A DNA stretch of 64,000 nt from Williopsis jadinii (GCA_024346625.1 AP024664.1:3472001-3536000), one strand, 5' to 3'. Numbered from the stretch's first letter, positions 46,614 to 58,350 are shown. A program made the numbers and translations. The notes: a model not told the origin generated them from the letters alone.

Positions 46614-48659
46614 CTAAACAACAGAGTAGAAGGCCTTGTTCAATGGAGAGACGATCTTAGAGCCCTTGTAGAACTCGATGGTCTTCAAAGCTCTGTCAGC
46701 GACACCATCAGCAGTGAACTCGAAGAACTTGTACACGTCAGAAGCCTTACCAGAAGCACCGAATCTGTCGATACCGAATTGCTCGTGGGAGTACTTGGCC
46801 CAGCCGGTGGTGGTCAACACTTCGATGGAGACGATTGGGATACCATCTGGAAGGACAGAGAGTCTGTATTCCTTGGATTGCTGGTCGAATGTGTGCTGGT
46901 CTGGAAGAGAAACGACACGGGCAGAGACACCCTTGGCAGCAAGAGCCTCAGCACCCTCGATGGCGAGGGAAACCTCAGAACCGGTAGCAACAAGGATCAC
47001 TTGGGCATCAGCAGCCTCCTTGACGACGTAACCACCCTTCTCGGCCTTGGCGACGGAGGAACCTTCCAATTGTGGCAAGTTTTGTCTGGACAAGGCAATG
47101 ATAGATGGAGTGTGCTTGGAGCCAAGGGCAACCTTGTAAGCAGCAGAAACCTCGTTACCGTCAGCTGGTCTCCAAACCTTCAAGTTTGGAGTGGCTCTGA
47201 AGTGGGCCAAGGTCTCAATAGGTTGATGAGTTGGACCATCTTCACCAAGACCGATAGAGTCGTGTGTGGCAACCCAAACAACTGGATGACCAGAGAGGGC
47301 AGAGAGTCTAACAGCACCAGCAGCATATGAGACAAAGTTGAGGAAAGTACCACCATAGGCCTTGTAGTTAGCACCAAAGGCAGAGATACCGTTCATGATA
47401 GCACCCATACCGTGTTCACGGACACCGTAACGGATGTAACGACCAGCGTAGTTACCTTCAGCTGGAGCATCATCTGGTTGGAAGTCGGTGGCCTCCTTGG
47501 AACGGGTCAAGTTGGAACCGGTCAAATCAGCAGAACCACCAATGAGCTCTGGAATGTAGTCAAAGATTGAGTCCAAGAGCATCTCAGAGAGCTTTCTAGT
47601 AGCAAGAGCCTTGTCATCCTTGGTGTAGGAAGGCAATTTCTCCTCCCAGCCTGATGGCAATTCACCGCTAAGTCTTCTTGTGATCTCCTGAGCTTGCTCT
47701 GGGTACTTTTCAGAGTAAGACTTGAACAAAGCGTTCCATTCCTCCTCGAGCTTCTGACCTGGTTGGATGGTCTCCTTGTTGTAGTAGTCGTAAACCTCTT
47801 GTGGGACGACAAAGTTCTCCTCAGGGTTGAAACCAAGCTTCTCCTTCAATTGCTTGATGTCATCTGCCTTCAATGGGGATCCGTGGACGGAGTGAGTACC
47901 TTGCTGCAAGGAACCGTAACCGATGATGGTGGTCAATCTGATCAGAGTTGGCTTGTTGGACTTCTTGGCTTGTTCCAAGGCCTTGTTGATGGCGTTCAAG
48001 TCGTTGTTACCATCCTTAATCCACTGAACCTCCCAGCCATAAGCCTCGAATCTCTTGTTGACATCCTCTGTGAAGGACACGTTGGTGTTACCATCGATGG
48101 TGATGTGGTTGTCATCGTAGAAGGCAATCAAGTTGTTCAATTGCAAGTGACCAGCAAGAGAGCACGCCTCAGAGGCAACACCCTCTTGCAAACAACCATC
48201 ACCCAAAATCACATAGGTGTAGTTGTCAGACAAGGTGAAGTCTGGCTTGTTGTATCTGGCGGCAAATTGCTTCTGAGCAATGGCCAAACCAACAGCGTTG
48301 GAGATACCTTGGCCGAGCGGACCAGTGGTGACCTCGATACCTGGGGTCTCAGCCTCTGGGTGACCTGGGGTCTTTGAGCCCAGCTGTCTGAAGTTCTTCA
48401 AGTCGTCAATGGTCAGCGGGTAGCCAAACAGGTGCAACAGCGAGTACAACAGTGCAACAGCGTGACCGTTGGACAGGACAAATCTATCTCTGTTGATCCA
48501 GTCCGGGTTCTTAGGGTTGAATCTCATCTGCTTCCAGATGGCATGCGCAACGGTAGCAAGGCCCAATGGTGCACCTGGGTGGCCAGAGTTGGCCTTAGCA
48601 ACCTGGTCAACGGAGAGGAGCTTGATGGTGCTGATAGCACGTTCTTCGATATCAGACAT
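46614..48659 (-). CDS. TKL1: Transketolase
   Basis: ANSGHPG, NRDRFVLSNGH, GDGCLQEG (TPP motif), GVREHGM and THDSIGLGEDGPTHQP. Strong codon bias. Confidence 0.98.
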   Translation of the reverse strand: MSDIEERAISTIKLLSVDQVAKANSGHPGAPLGLATVAHAIWKQMRFNPKNPDWINRDRFVLSNGHAVALLYSLLHLFGYPLTIDDLKNFRQLGSKTPGHPEAETPGIEVTTGPLGQGISNAVGLAIAQKQFAARYNKPDFTLSDNYTYVILGDGCLQEGVASEACSLAGHLQLNNLIAFYDDNHITIDGNTNVSFTEDVNKRFEAYGWEVQWIKDGNNDLNAINKALEQAKKSNKPTLIRLTTIIGYGSLQQGTHSVHGSPLKADDIKQLKEKLGFNPEENFVVPQEVYDYYNKETIQPGQKLEEEWNALFKSYSEKYPEQAQEITRRLSGELPSGWEEKLPSYTKDDKALATRKLSEMLLDSIFDYIPELIGGSADLTGSNLTRSKEATDFQPDDAPAEGNYAGRYIRYGVREHGMGAIMNGISAFGANYKAYGGTFLNFVSYAAGAVRLSALSGHPVVWVATHDSIGLGEDGPTHQPIETLAHFRATPNLKVWRPADGNEVSAAYKVALGSKHTPSIIALSRQNLPQLEGSSVAKAEKGGYVVKEAADAQVILVATGSEVSLAIEGAEALAAKGVSARVVSLPDQHTFDQQSKEYRLSVLPDGIPIVSIEVLTTTGWAKYSHEQFGIDRFGASGKASDVYKFFEFTADGVADRALKTIEFYKGSKIVSPLNKAFYSVV

Positions 48660-48932
48660 CGTGTGTAGAGGAGGAACTGAGAGATAAAGACGGAGGTGTT
48701 AATTCGCTTTATTGCTTGCAGCAATTGGTAACAAGGAAAGGGTCAAAATCGCCAAAGAAATTTTTCCAGCCCTTTATAACGGAAAAATCCACACTGGGAA
48801 ACTTGGTTACACAAAAACAACGAAAAACAAAACGAGATGAGCTTCTCTGCCTAAAACAAAAAAATTACATCTGTAACCGGAGAGGCGTCCGCCGGGGAAC
48901 GAAAAATGGATGGGAGTTAACCGGGGAGATTT

Positions 48933-48970
48933 GGCTGGAGAGACCGAGGTGGGCTGGAGAGACCGAGGTG
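48933..48970. repeat. 19-bp direct duplication (GGCTGGAGAGACCGAGGTG, 2 copies) in the TKL1 promoter
   Basis: Two identical adjacent copies, at 48933 and 48952. Confidence 0.85.
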
Positions 48971-49149
48971 GGCGGGAAGCGCCCATGGAGGGCTCTCGCT
49001 GGCGACTGACGATGTCAATTGAGACGAGAGGAGATGAATATTGCGGGTGTTGTTTTCGTTGCTGTGGTTTTGGGTGTGTTTTGGCGGTGTGGATGGTGCT
49101 GAGGTTTTTGGCCTGTGGCTGTGGCTGTGAGTGTAACGTTAGGCGGTTA

Positions 49150-49480
49150 CAGCTCAAGCGGTGTTCAGTCCACGCGGTGGTGTTCAGTCCACGCGGTGCT
49201 GCCCAGTCCACGCGGTGCTGTTCAGTCCACGCAGTGCTGCCCAGTCCACGCGGTGCTGCCCAGTCCACGCGGTGCTGCCCAGTCCACGCGGTGGTGTTCA
49301 GTCCACGCAGTGCTGCCCAGTCCACGCGGTGCTGCCCAGTCCACGCGGTGGTGTTCAGTCCACGCAGTGCTGCCCAGTCCACGCGGTGCTGCTCAGTCCA
49401 CGCGGTGGTGTTCAGTCCACGCAGTGCTGCTCAGCTCAAACGGTGCTGCCCAGTCCACGCGGTGCTGCTCGGTCCACGCA
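49150..49480. repeat. 19-bp GC-rich minisatellite, about 17 copies (consensus CAGTCCACGCGGTGCTGCC)
   Basis: Units start at 49166, 49185, 49204 ... 49451 and 49470, plus a degenerate unit at 49150. Variants recur with a 57-bp higher-order period. Confidence 0.97.
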
Positions 49481-49639
49481 CCAGCCCTGGGCCGGCGCTC
49501 GCAGTGAATGACAACGTTGTCACACAACACACATTGATTATCTACATCACATCTGCTGTACAGGTTTGATCCCTTCAAATTCATGTTTAGATTGGTAAGG
49601 TATAAATGAAGACGAGAAAAGAACATGGCCATGAACCTA

Positions 49640-52317
49640 CTACTCAAGATCGCCTGTTTGTAGATGTGTGGTCCAGTAGTTGAAGTCGTTCCACATCACT
49701 TCGCTGTCTAGCTTGTTCCCCTGATCGTCATAAAAGTTGTTATCGTCATCCAGTCTCACAAACTTCAGCACCTTGCCATCGTCGACAGTCTGCTTGGTGT
49801 CACAATCCGCAGCGCACTTCCTCTTTAGATCCGGTGGAGGAGTAGGAATGACCAGAGTGGACTTTGTCGACAAGCCGGAAATACAGTTGAACATCAGCCT
49901 CTTGATCTCGGACGACTCTTTAAACACAGAAACAATCGCATCCCTGGAGACCTTTGGTCTCCATCTGCTCAATGGGTCATCCTTTGACACTGGGGACTGT
50001 TTTGGTGAGGTCAAATAAGCGGAGGAAGTCGTAGCAGCAACGGTGGAAGCACCCTTTGCAGTGGTAGATCCAGGCGTCTTGGAAGCGTTGGAAAATGTCA
50101 ACGGTGTTTGCAAAATGGCCGAAGGTGTTAAGCCCTTCTGGAACGGGGAGTCCTTCAAATCGCCAACAGACTTCAACTTGGAATCAACAAGTTTTGCCTC
50201 CTCATCACTCAACTCCAAGAGATTGGCCAGAGCAAGGGCAAAGGAATCTACTGGTCTCGTCAACCAAATGTCATATCTCCTCTGTTTGTAATCGTTGAAG
50301 GACTTCATTGAAGCAGCCTCCTTGGACTGTATCTCTTGTTCTTTCTTCAGCAACTGAGCTTGTACAGAGCCATCTTTCACTTGTGATGCGCCCTGAATAG
50401 GTGCCTGCGAAGCCGGAGTGCTTTGTGATGGTTTTGGAGAAATCGCAGACTTTGGGCCACTTGCTGGTGTAGAAGCAGCTGATGTGTTCTTCTTCGTAGA
50501 ACTCTTGGATTTGCGCTTTGCCGGGGCCTTTTTAGGAAATGTGACAGGTGGTACAGTGACAGGACCGCCTGGTTGAATTGGCTGTGGTACACGGCCTTGA
50601 ACAGTTGGCGTCTTTGCAAAGTTCGCTGGTTGGAGTGGTGGTTGTGGTTTCTGTTGCTGGAAAGTCGCAGCAGATCCAAGTTGTGGAGAATTAGAGAAAT
50701 TGGCAGAAGGTGGGAAACTGGCATTCGGCATAGCAGGTGATGAGTTAAGCCTGTTGATGTTGGCCAATTCCGGTGAGAAGAGCTTACCACTCAACGAATT
50801 CATATCGACACCAGCATTGAAGTTTTCACTATTGGTCATCTGCATGTCCATACCACTAATTGTTGTGTTCAAATTCTGAGCCTGTGAGCCTGGTTGATAG
50901 TTCAGCTGTTGTTGTTGTTGCTGTTGTAACAGCTGCTGAGGAGTAATATTCTGCGTATTCATCTGCTGCTGGTTTCTCTGTAACAACTGCTGAGGAGTAA
51001 TATTAGGACTGAGATTCTTCATGGCACCAGCAGCGTTGTTACCCCAAGCATTCATAATTGGTGATTGCTGTGGAATCATTGACGGCTGTTGTTGCATTGT
51101 TGCTTGTGTTGGGGGTTGAGATTGTGGCATCATTTGCTGTGGTTGAGGTTGAGGCTGTTGTTGTGACTGCTGCTGAGAAGCCATAGCCATTTGTCCAGAC
51201 TTCCTCTTAATTTGCTCCTTGACAAACTCCACATATTTCTGCGATTGAGTCTTCACCTTTTCCAGCAGATCTGGACTAGCGTAGTACTCACCTCTTCTCA
51301 GCCCATCCAATACTTCCTTCACCATAAAACGCATATGAAGTAACTTCTTCGTGCCATCAACATTTTTCGTCAAGGTATAGAACGTTGGTACCAGTTGCTC
51401 AATCAAGTTAAACAACGGAAGTAATAAACTCTGCACTTTTGAACTCACAATCTGTTTCTGTTCTGTGTTCAACTGGTTCGTTAAGTTTTGTAACTTTATC
51501 GGAACCTTCGAGACTTCGTTCAAGATCATCCTCAAATCCACACGATCCTTCTCTGTGGGAACCATAAAGCTTCTGTGAGAACTTGGATCAGCAGCCCTTT
51601 GTTGGGTTCTTTGTTGTTGAAGTGGCTGTTGAGGTTGAGACAGTTGTGTCTGTTGAGGCTGAGGTTGAATCTGCTGAGTCCCTTGTTGACGAGTATTATT
51701 AGCAGCTTGTTGTGCTTGACTCTGTCTCTGAAACTGCTGCTGTTGCTGTTGCTTTTGTTGCAGTAAAGTCAATCTCCTAGCATTCAACTGCTGCTGTGTT
51801 AAGTTGGAGTCTAATGGGTTGGTTGTGTTGTTAGCATTGACGTTGTTCCAATTTTGCTGTGGTATTTGATTCTGTTTCACCTGTGTTTGTGTCTGCATTG
51901 GTTGTTGTTTAGCACCATTAAACTGATTTGAAAGCTGATTCTGACCACCAACAAATGTCTGCTGTTGTTGCTGTTGCTGCTGTTGTTGTCGTTGTTGCAT
52001 GTTATTCAATGCCTCCGCTCTTAACTGCTGTTGACGTGCAATATATCTCTTAATAAAAACATTTCTTTGTTCATCAGTTAAAGTAGGTGGCAGGTGCTTT
52101 TCATTCTGTAATTTCGTCATCAATTGCAACGCACTCTGTGTTAGTCGTTGTAACTCTTGAGGTGTGAGCTGTTGTTGTACATTAATTGGAATTTGACCCA
52201 TGTTACCCTGTTGGTTTTGTTGATCCTGAAGTTGAATCTGTTGTTTCTGCTGCTGTGGTTGTTGTACAGTTTGTTTTGATTGTGATTGTTGACCGCCAAC
52301 TGTTGTCTTTTGCTGCT

Positions 52318-52348
<31 letters not shown>

Positions 52349-53335
52349 TAATTGCCTGGTTCTCAACTCTTGTTGAAGTCTAAGTTGTTCACCCAAATCG
52401 GCAGTATTCTGTTGACCATTATTCTGCAAATGTTGATTGTTCAGCTGCGATGCCTGTTGAATCTTCTGGGCATGTTGCTTCTGGAGCATTTGAAGATGTA
52501 CACTGTACGCTTGTCTAATAATTGGTGCATAGCTCTGATTTAACTGCCCGCTTGTCATCAATCCAAAGATCTGTGTCCACGTATTCACATTCGGAGGCAA
52601 ATTTGGAATTCTCTGCAAAAGAACAGAAGGAATTGGTGTAGTCTTCATCAATTGACTCAACATTTGGGTATCCATTGTAGTAGACTGTTGTGTCTGCTGT
52701 GTCATATTCATCCCATTCTGCGAGTTGCCCTGAGGATTAGCTTGTTGGTTAACCATACCACTGAAGTTATTACCATTATTTGAGACAAAGTTACCCCGAA
52801 TAGCTTGATTCTGCTGCTGCTGTTGCTGTGCCTGAGACTGTTTCTGCTGTTGTTGTTGCTGCTGCTGCTGCTGGTTACGCAGCTGCTGCGCAGCTTGCTG
52901 TCTAGCTTGGGCCTGCTGAGCGAGGAATATTTGACTTGGGTTTGTAGGGCGAGACTGCTGCTGCTGTTGTTGTGATTGTTGTGGTTGATTTTGAGACATT
53001 TGTGATTGCTGTTGTTGAGGCTGTTGCCCTTGGTTCATCCCAAGATTCCCAAGATTGCCACCTTGTTGCTGCTGTTGCTGTTGTTGTCTCAGCTTCTGTG
53101 ACTGTGTGGAACTCTTGATGCTCAGCACCTTCTGACGGAAGAAATCTATATAGCTCGCCTTCGACGTTGCGTTCTGGAAACAGTACTTCTCAAACTCCTC
53201 GGCGCTTTGCTTCAACTTGTTCATATCCAGCCCAGCAGGGTTATTCGTAGTCACAGCGAGCTCCTTGAGCGACTGGATCAGCACCGCGACGTATCTCAGT
53301 CGCTCCTGGTTGGTCAGCTCTTGTTGCCAGTTCAT
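49640..53335 (-). CDS. GAL11: Mediator tail subunit Med15/Gal11
   Basis: N-terminal KIX-like domain (NWQQELTNQER...AEEFEKYCF...SKASY), extensive poly-Q tracts, and helical activator-binding segments. Confidence 0.88.
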
Positions 53336-54312
53336 TGTTATGGGTCGCTAGTACCTCAGTATCAACAATGGAATCAATCCGAGAGGATTGCGAGAGAGGA
53401 AAAATCAATTATAGGAAAACACACAAAGAAAAAAGACAGCGCTTCTCTAATCAGTGGAATAGCAACCTTAGGTGTAGTAGACAGAGTTGATCGAGCTGCT
53501 TAGCACAGATGTCTCTTCCCTTTTTCCCTGTTCTAGCAAAACACCCCTTGTTTTGTAGTGAATGTTGGACTTAATGTCTCAATGTTTATTTTTCTTAGGT
53601 GATTTTCTTTTTGTGGTTGTGTGTGTGTACTTTTTTCTCTTTCGCCCATTTTGCCGCGCTATGTTTTTTTTTCTTAGCTCAACGGCGGGGGGGGGGGGGT
53701 AAAAAGTCGAGTTCGACTGTTTTTCTCTCATAACTACGGTTACGTCTTTGTGGCGGTGGCTTTCCTTCTTTTTTTAGTTTCCTTTTTGGCTTACATAAGC
53801 ATTCGGTACACACACGCATGATGACTTTCTAGAAGCAGGTGATAACTATGGAAGCGTATGTGTGGTGAGTTCGCTCACTGCCTCGTATGTATGACACCAA
53901 CCGGAGTGTACGTAATCAGACCAGTGGCAACCACACCGGATCCACCCCCGTCGTCTGGTGGATAGATCCACCGGCCAACTAGAAAGCGTATAGAGCTGTC
54001 TCTGTAGATGTACACACATTGGCCTGTTTGGGACCCTACCATGATAAGTCCACCACATCACAGCGAATCACAAGCGCACGATCTAAGCACGCTGAAATCA
54101 TAAATGACATATCTGGCTGCAGCACGGTTTTCGCTCCGTTCACTGTGTGTTTTTTCCCTCTTTCTTTCCAGCAAAACCGATGACGTATGCAATTGATACC
54201 AACATTATTAGACCACATTCATAATCCTAAGGGCTACACCGCTGTATGGGCGCACATTTCCTAACCAATTCTCAATTGGCTTGGTTTCACTGCTTGCGGT
54301 TTTCGCTTGCAA

Positions 54313-54410
54313 CCAAATTTCTGATGTCAAATTTCTGAGGCCAAATTTCTGAGGCCAAATTTCTGAGGCCAAATTTGTGAGGCCAAATTTCTGAGGCCAA
54401 ATTTGTGAGA
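54313..54410. repeat. 14-bp minisatellite, 7 copies (CCAAATTTCTGAGG)
   Basis: Units at 54313, 54327, 54341, 54355, 54369, 54383 and 54397, in the GAL11/PSK divergent intergenic region. Confidence 0.95.
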
Positions 54411-54842
54411 GGAAAAAGGCGCTGCTCCTTCGTGCGCAGGAGAAGTTCTGCCGCCTTGTGACGAAAACTTTGAAAGGTAAAAAAGCTGATTTTTGGAGGG
54501 AACGGAAAAAACAAAACATTCAACAGAGATAGCAGACCAGACAATACGCCGGGTATCTCGTAAAAGAACTTGTTAAAACACACAGGCCAGTTATCACACG
54601 CCAAACCGCCCAATTGAGCATACTCCTACACGTTGTTTTAGCCTCAAGTTGTACGACATCGAGGACGGCCAGAGAGAACGAGCACGAAAAAGCAGGCATC
54701 CACAAAGCTTCAATACCAGCCCACCAGGGAGAGAACTCACCAGTGAGGAATACGTTGTTTTGACAGTTAGAAGGAGAGGGTTACATCTTAGGCCGACACA
54801 TTTCAACCTCAGTACAAGAAGGACGACTGGAACCAGCAACAG

Positions 54843-57800
54843 ATGCCATACGCTTGCCCCATCAACGGTAAAGGTACGCAACTCAACATTAGTGCAGCTC
54901 CCAGTAGAGTGTCGACTCCTCACAGTGATGGCTCGAGGAAGCCATCAGCAACACAGCTGGGTGACGAGAACAACGCACCAAACAGCGCGCCCGTTACGCC
55001 GCCCCGCCAGAGCAGAGCAGATGGTGATGCTAAACCTCATAGAGGGATGTTCATACTAAACGACGATGACGACGATGAGGATGAAACCTATGACGAGTCA
55101 CAGATGTCGTCATCACACATAACAATTCAAGCACCGCCTCCAAGCTCGACGCCCATCAAGACACCACAGGCCGTACGACGTTTATCACCTCAGCAACCTG
55201 GAGAACACCATACCTCGCCTTTGAGAAGGGCATACTCGAGAAAGAACCAAGCCGCCAGTGGCATCTCGAAGATTACGTTCAACCGCTCCGATATTCTGAG
55301 ATTCCCCAAGGAGTCAACACATGCGTATTCGTATGCCCATCTATCTCCAAATTCGTTGGCTGTTCGTCTCTCCGTGCTGAAGAGATCGCTGGAGATACTG
55401 CTGGATCGCCCAGAGTTGATGAACTTGAAGTCGTATGTGCAGACTGGCCCCTCAACAAATGGGCTGGACCTGGACATTGGGACTTTTATCTCACAGATCC
55501 AAAATGAGACGGCTAAAGACGTTGATGTCGCTTCTCCGGTGTCGAAGAACTTGAACATTCGGTCGAATGCGTCTTCCGCAGCGTTGGCTGCTCTATTCAA
55601 CGATCACAAGAACAACTCTCAACCTCCAGCTAACAGCAAGTCCGATAACCACGACTCTGATGCAAACGAAGGCATTAAGAACTTGATCAACATATTACAA
55701 GAGGATGAATTGTCTGACACTTCTTCGAAGAATTTGGCACAGAACCTACACGATTTGTCTCTTGCTACAGGTGACAGCTCGAAGAGCTTGGAATCAAGAT
55801 CACAGCTGAAGGTCAAAATGCTACACGCTTTGGCTACGCCATTCTATGAGCCTATCATCGATACGCCAATCATACCATTTAACAAAGGTGGATCTTCTTT
55901 GGCACTTTCTGCCCTTGCCAAGGAGTCAGTGGTGTCACAAGGTAGCAATGAAAGAGTATTCCATAACGTTTCACAGAGAAACAATTCACCACAGGCGGTC
56001 TTCACCTGCGAATTGAACGATCCTTGGAATTTGAAGGCTGCTAATGACTTGGCGTGTCTTATATTTGGTGTTTCAAAGGCATCTCTACGTCGATTGACTT
56101 TGTTGGATTTAATTGCCCCAGATGCCCGTGATTTTGTCCTCAATAAGTTGATTGAAAACTCAATGACAAACGATGAAATGATCTTTGCAGGTGAAGTGGT
56201 TGCAATCGCTAAACGAGGTACGAAACTTACGTGGTCAAGTCTGTGGGCAAAGAAGAAGGGTAATTTGATTATCTGTATGTTCGACCAAGTTCCGTGTGAT
56301 TCTGTTGATCTGATATATAACGCTGAAGAAAACAAGATTATGTCAACCAAGAGCATTTCTGGATGTTTCTTCAACTATGTCTCGCAGTGTTCAACCGTTG
56401 GTGACCTTGTGGAGAAATTTGATGAGACAACTCAAATAGACAATGAAGACACCAACGTTCCCCTTGCGGTAATGAAGGCACAACTGGCTAATGATCAAAG
56501 GTACTTCACTGTGAAAAAGAATGGGTACAATGTTCCATGTGCATTGACATCAAAGGTTATTGACGAAAACGAAGGAAGGGTGAAAATCAGAATACATACA
56601 ATGCCTTACATTGCCGGTGTCTTTATTGTGTCCAGATCTAACTACTCGGTGTTATCTTTCAACAACTCTGTTTCAAAGAATCTCTTTGGGTACAGTGAAA
56701 GACAATTGACTAATTGTTCTGTGGATAAGATCATCCCAAAGTTTTCGAAGATGATGAAATACATCTTTAAGAATATGCCACGACTGAAAATTATGCCTGG
56801 TTTGGTACTTCCAGAGCACTTCTTCCGTCAAGTTGACTCGAATCTAGAAAATACAGGCGAAGAAGGATTTTTAACGTCCCTTGGACTAAACGGTCTCCAC
56901 AGCGATGGTTCAACCATCAAGATTGATGTTCAACTCAGATGTACGAATAGTGATACTTTTGTTTTATGGGTGACCCATTCAAGAACACTCTATGGTGGCT
57001 CGTTGCAACGCAAAGTTGATTTCAAATTAGATACCGGTTCTGAAGATGAGGAATCCGTCAAGGCACCACATGGCCCATTTGATGCAGAGGTGGTTGATAA
57101 GAGTGAAGATGAACTCCCGTCTCAGCTCTCGATATTGAACGTTAATGAAATTCAAACAGTCTCAAGAACTTCCAGCATGAGATCAACGACTGTTTCATCG
57201 TCAACGCAAAGTTCAAACCTATCAACCACCGATAATAGTGAGGTTGACATTGGCCAGCTTGTTAACCCTCAAGTGGGATCGGAAGCGAAATCCGACTCCA
57301 AGACCGATTTGACAAGGTACAAGATGTTGGATCAAAAATTAGATGAACTGGAGCTTCTAAAGCTTGAGAACGATGCCATTGAAAAACGTAAAACAGTTTC
57401 ACGCCATTATCCTCGTGTGATTGGGTCAAAGAGACGAGAGAAGTCATTTAACGAGTACAAGATTCTGAAGAAGATGGGCCAAGGTGCGTATGGCCGTGTC
57501 GTTCTGGCTGAGAATAAAGAGGATCCCAATTACATTGTTGTGATAAAGTTGATCATCAAGGAGCGTATCTTGGTTGACACCTGGGTCAGGGACCGTAAAC
57601 TGGGAACCATCCCGTCTGAGATCCAAGTAATGGCGACACTGAACAAGAACCCGCATCCGAACATCATGAGACTCATCGATTTCTTCGAAGATGATGACTA
57701 CTACTACATCGAGCTCCCGCCTCACGGCTATCCAATCCCGGCTATCGACCTCTTTGACTTTATCGAGCTGAAGAAGGATATGAGTGAGCTGGAGTGCAAA

Positions 57801-58241
57801 TCCATCATGAAGCAAAGCATCAGTGCGATTAACCATTTGCATAATAACGGCATCGTTCACAGAGACATCAAGGACGAGAACTTGATCATCGATGCCAACG
57901 GAGTTATAAAGCTCATCGACTTTGGATCAGCTGCATACATCAAACAAGGTCCATTCGACGTGTTTGTCGGCACGCTGGACTACGCTGCGCCTGAGGTCCT
58001 CAACGGATTGCCATACGAGGGAAAGCCCCAGGACGTGTGGTCCCTTGGTATCTTGCTGTATACCCTCATATACAAGGAGAACCCGTTCTACAACGTTGAT
58101 GAGATCATGGAGGGCGAACTTCGTATACCGTTTGTCACCAGCGAAGGATGTCTTTCGTTAATCAAGCGAATTCTACAAAGGGATATCCGCAAACGTCCAG
58201 CGATGAAGGACATTGTGGTGGATCCATGGCTAGTTGAATAG
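54843..58241 (+). CDS. PSK1: PAS domain Ser/Thr kinase (Psk1/Psk2)
   Basis: FPKESTHAYSYAHLSPNSLA, PAS-region AANDLACLIFG, and kinase GQGAYG, KERILVDTWVRDRKLGTIPSEI, HRDIKDEN, DFG. Confidence 0.93.
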   Translation: MPYACPINGKGTQLNISAAPSRVSTPHSDGSRKPSATQLGDENNAPNSAPVTPPRQSRADGDAKPHRGMFILNDDDDDEDETYDESQMSSSHITIQAPPPSSTPIKTPQAVRRLSPQQPGEHHTSPLRRAYSRKNQAASGISKITFNRSDILRFPKESTHAYSYAHLSPNSLAVRLSVLKRSLEILLDRPELMNLKSYVQTGPSTNGLDLDIGTFISQIQNETAKDVDVASPVSKNLNIRSNASSAALAALFNDHKNNSQPPANSKSDNHDSDANEGIKNLINILQEDELSDTSSKNLAQNLHDLSLATGDSSKSLESRSQLKVKMLHALATPFYEPIIDTPIIPFNKGGSSLALSALAKESVVSQGSNERVFHNVSQRNNSPQAVFTCELNDPWNLKAANDLACLIFGVSKASLRRLTLLDLIAPDARDFVLNKLIENSMTNDEMIFAGEVVAIAKRGTKLTWSSLWAKKKGNLIICMFDQVPCDSVDLIYNAEENKIMSTKSISGCFFNYVSQCSTVGDLVEKFDETTQIDNEDTNVPLAVMKAQLANDQRYFTVKKNGYNVPCALTSKVIDENEGRVKIRIHTMPYIAGVFIVSRSNYSVLSFNNSVSKNLFGYSERQLTNCSVDKIIPKFSKMMKYIFKNMPRLKIMPGLVLPEHFFRQVDSNLENTGEEGFLTSLGLNGLHSDGSTIKIDVQLRCTNSDTFVLWVTHSRTLYGGSLQRKVDFKLDTGSEDEESVKAPHGPFDAEVVDKSEDELPSQLSILNVNEIQTVSRTSSMRSTTVSSSTQSSNLSTTDNSEVDIGQLVNPQVGSEAKSDSKTDLTRYKMLDQKLDELELLKLENDAIEKRKTVSRHYPRVIGSKRREKSFNEYKILKKMGQGAYGRVVLAENKEDPNYIVVIKLIIKERILVDTWVRDRKLGTIPSEIQVMATLNKNPHPNIMRLIDFFEDDDYYYIELPPHGYPIPAIDLFDFIELKKDMSELECKSIMKQSISAINHLHNNGIVHRDIKDENLIIDANGVIKLIDFGSAAYIKQGPFDVFVGTLDYAAPEVLNGLPYEGKPQDVWSLGILLYTLIYKENPFYNVDEIMEGELRIPFVTSEGCLSLIKRILQRDIRKRPAMKDIVVDPWLVE

Positions 58242-58350
58242 AATCGCTCACAGGATACACATTTATAAACTAATCGATTGCATTTAGCGTCGCTGTGTAG
58301 CCTGTGGCTGCTGCTAAGCAGCGTGTACCCCCGCTGACTACTTCGTCTGC

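Noticed and set aside
49150..49480. CRISPR-like appearance of the repeat arrays
   Set aside because: The units are head-to-tail with no unique spacers, there are no cas genes, and the context is eukaryotic.
48807..49569. Repetitive ORFs (STRCC/VHAV/SPRG peptides) over the 19-bp array
   Set aside because: These are translation artefacts of a stop-free minisatellite whose period is not divisible by three.
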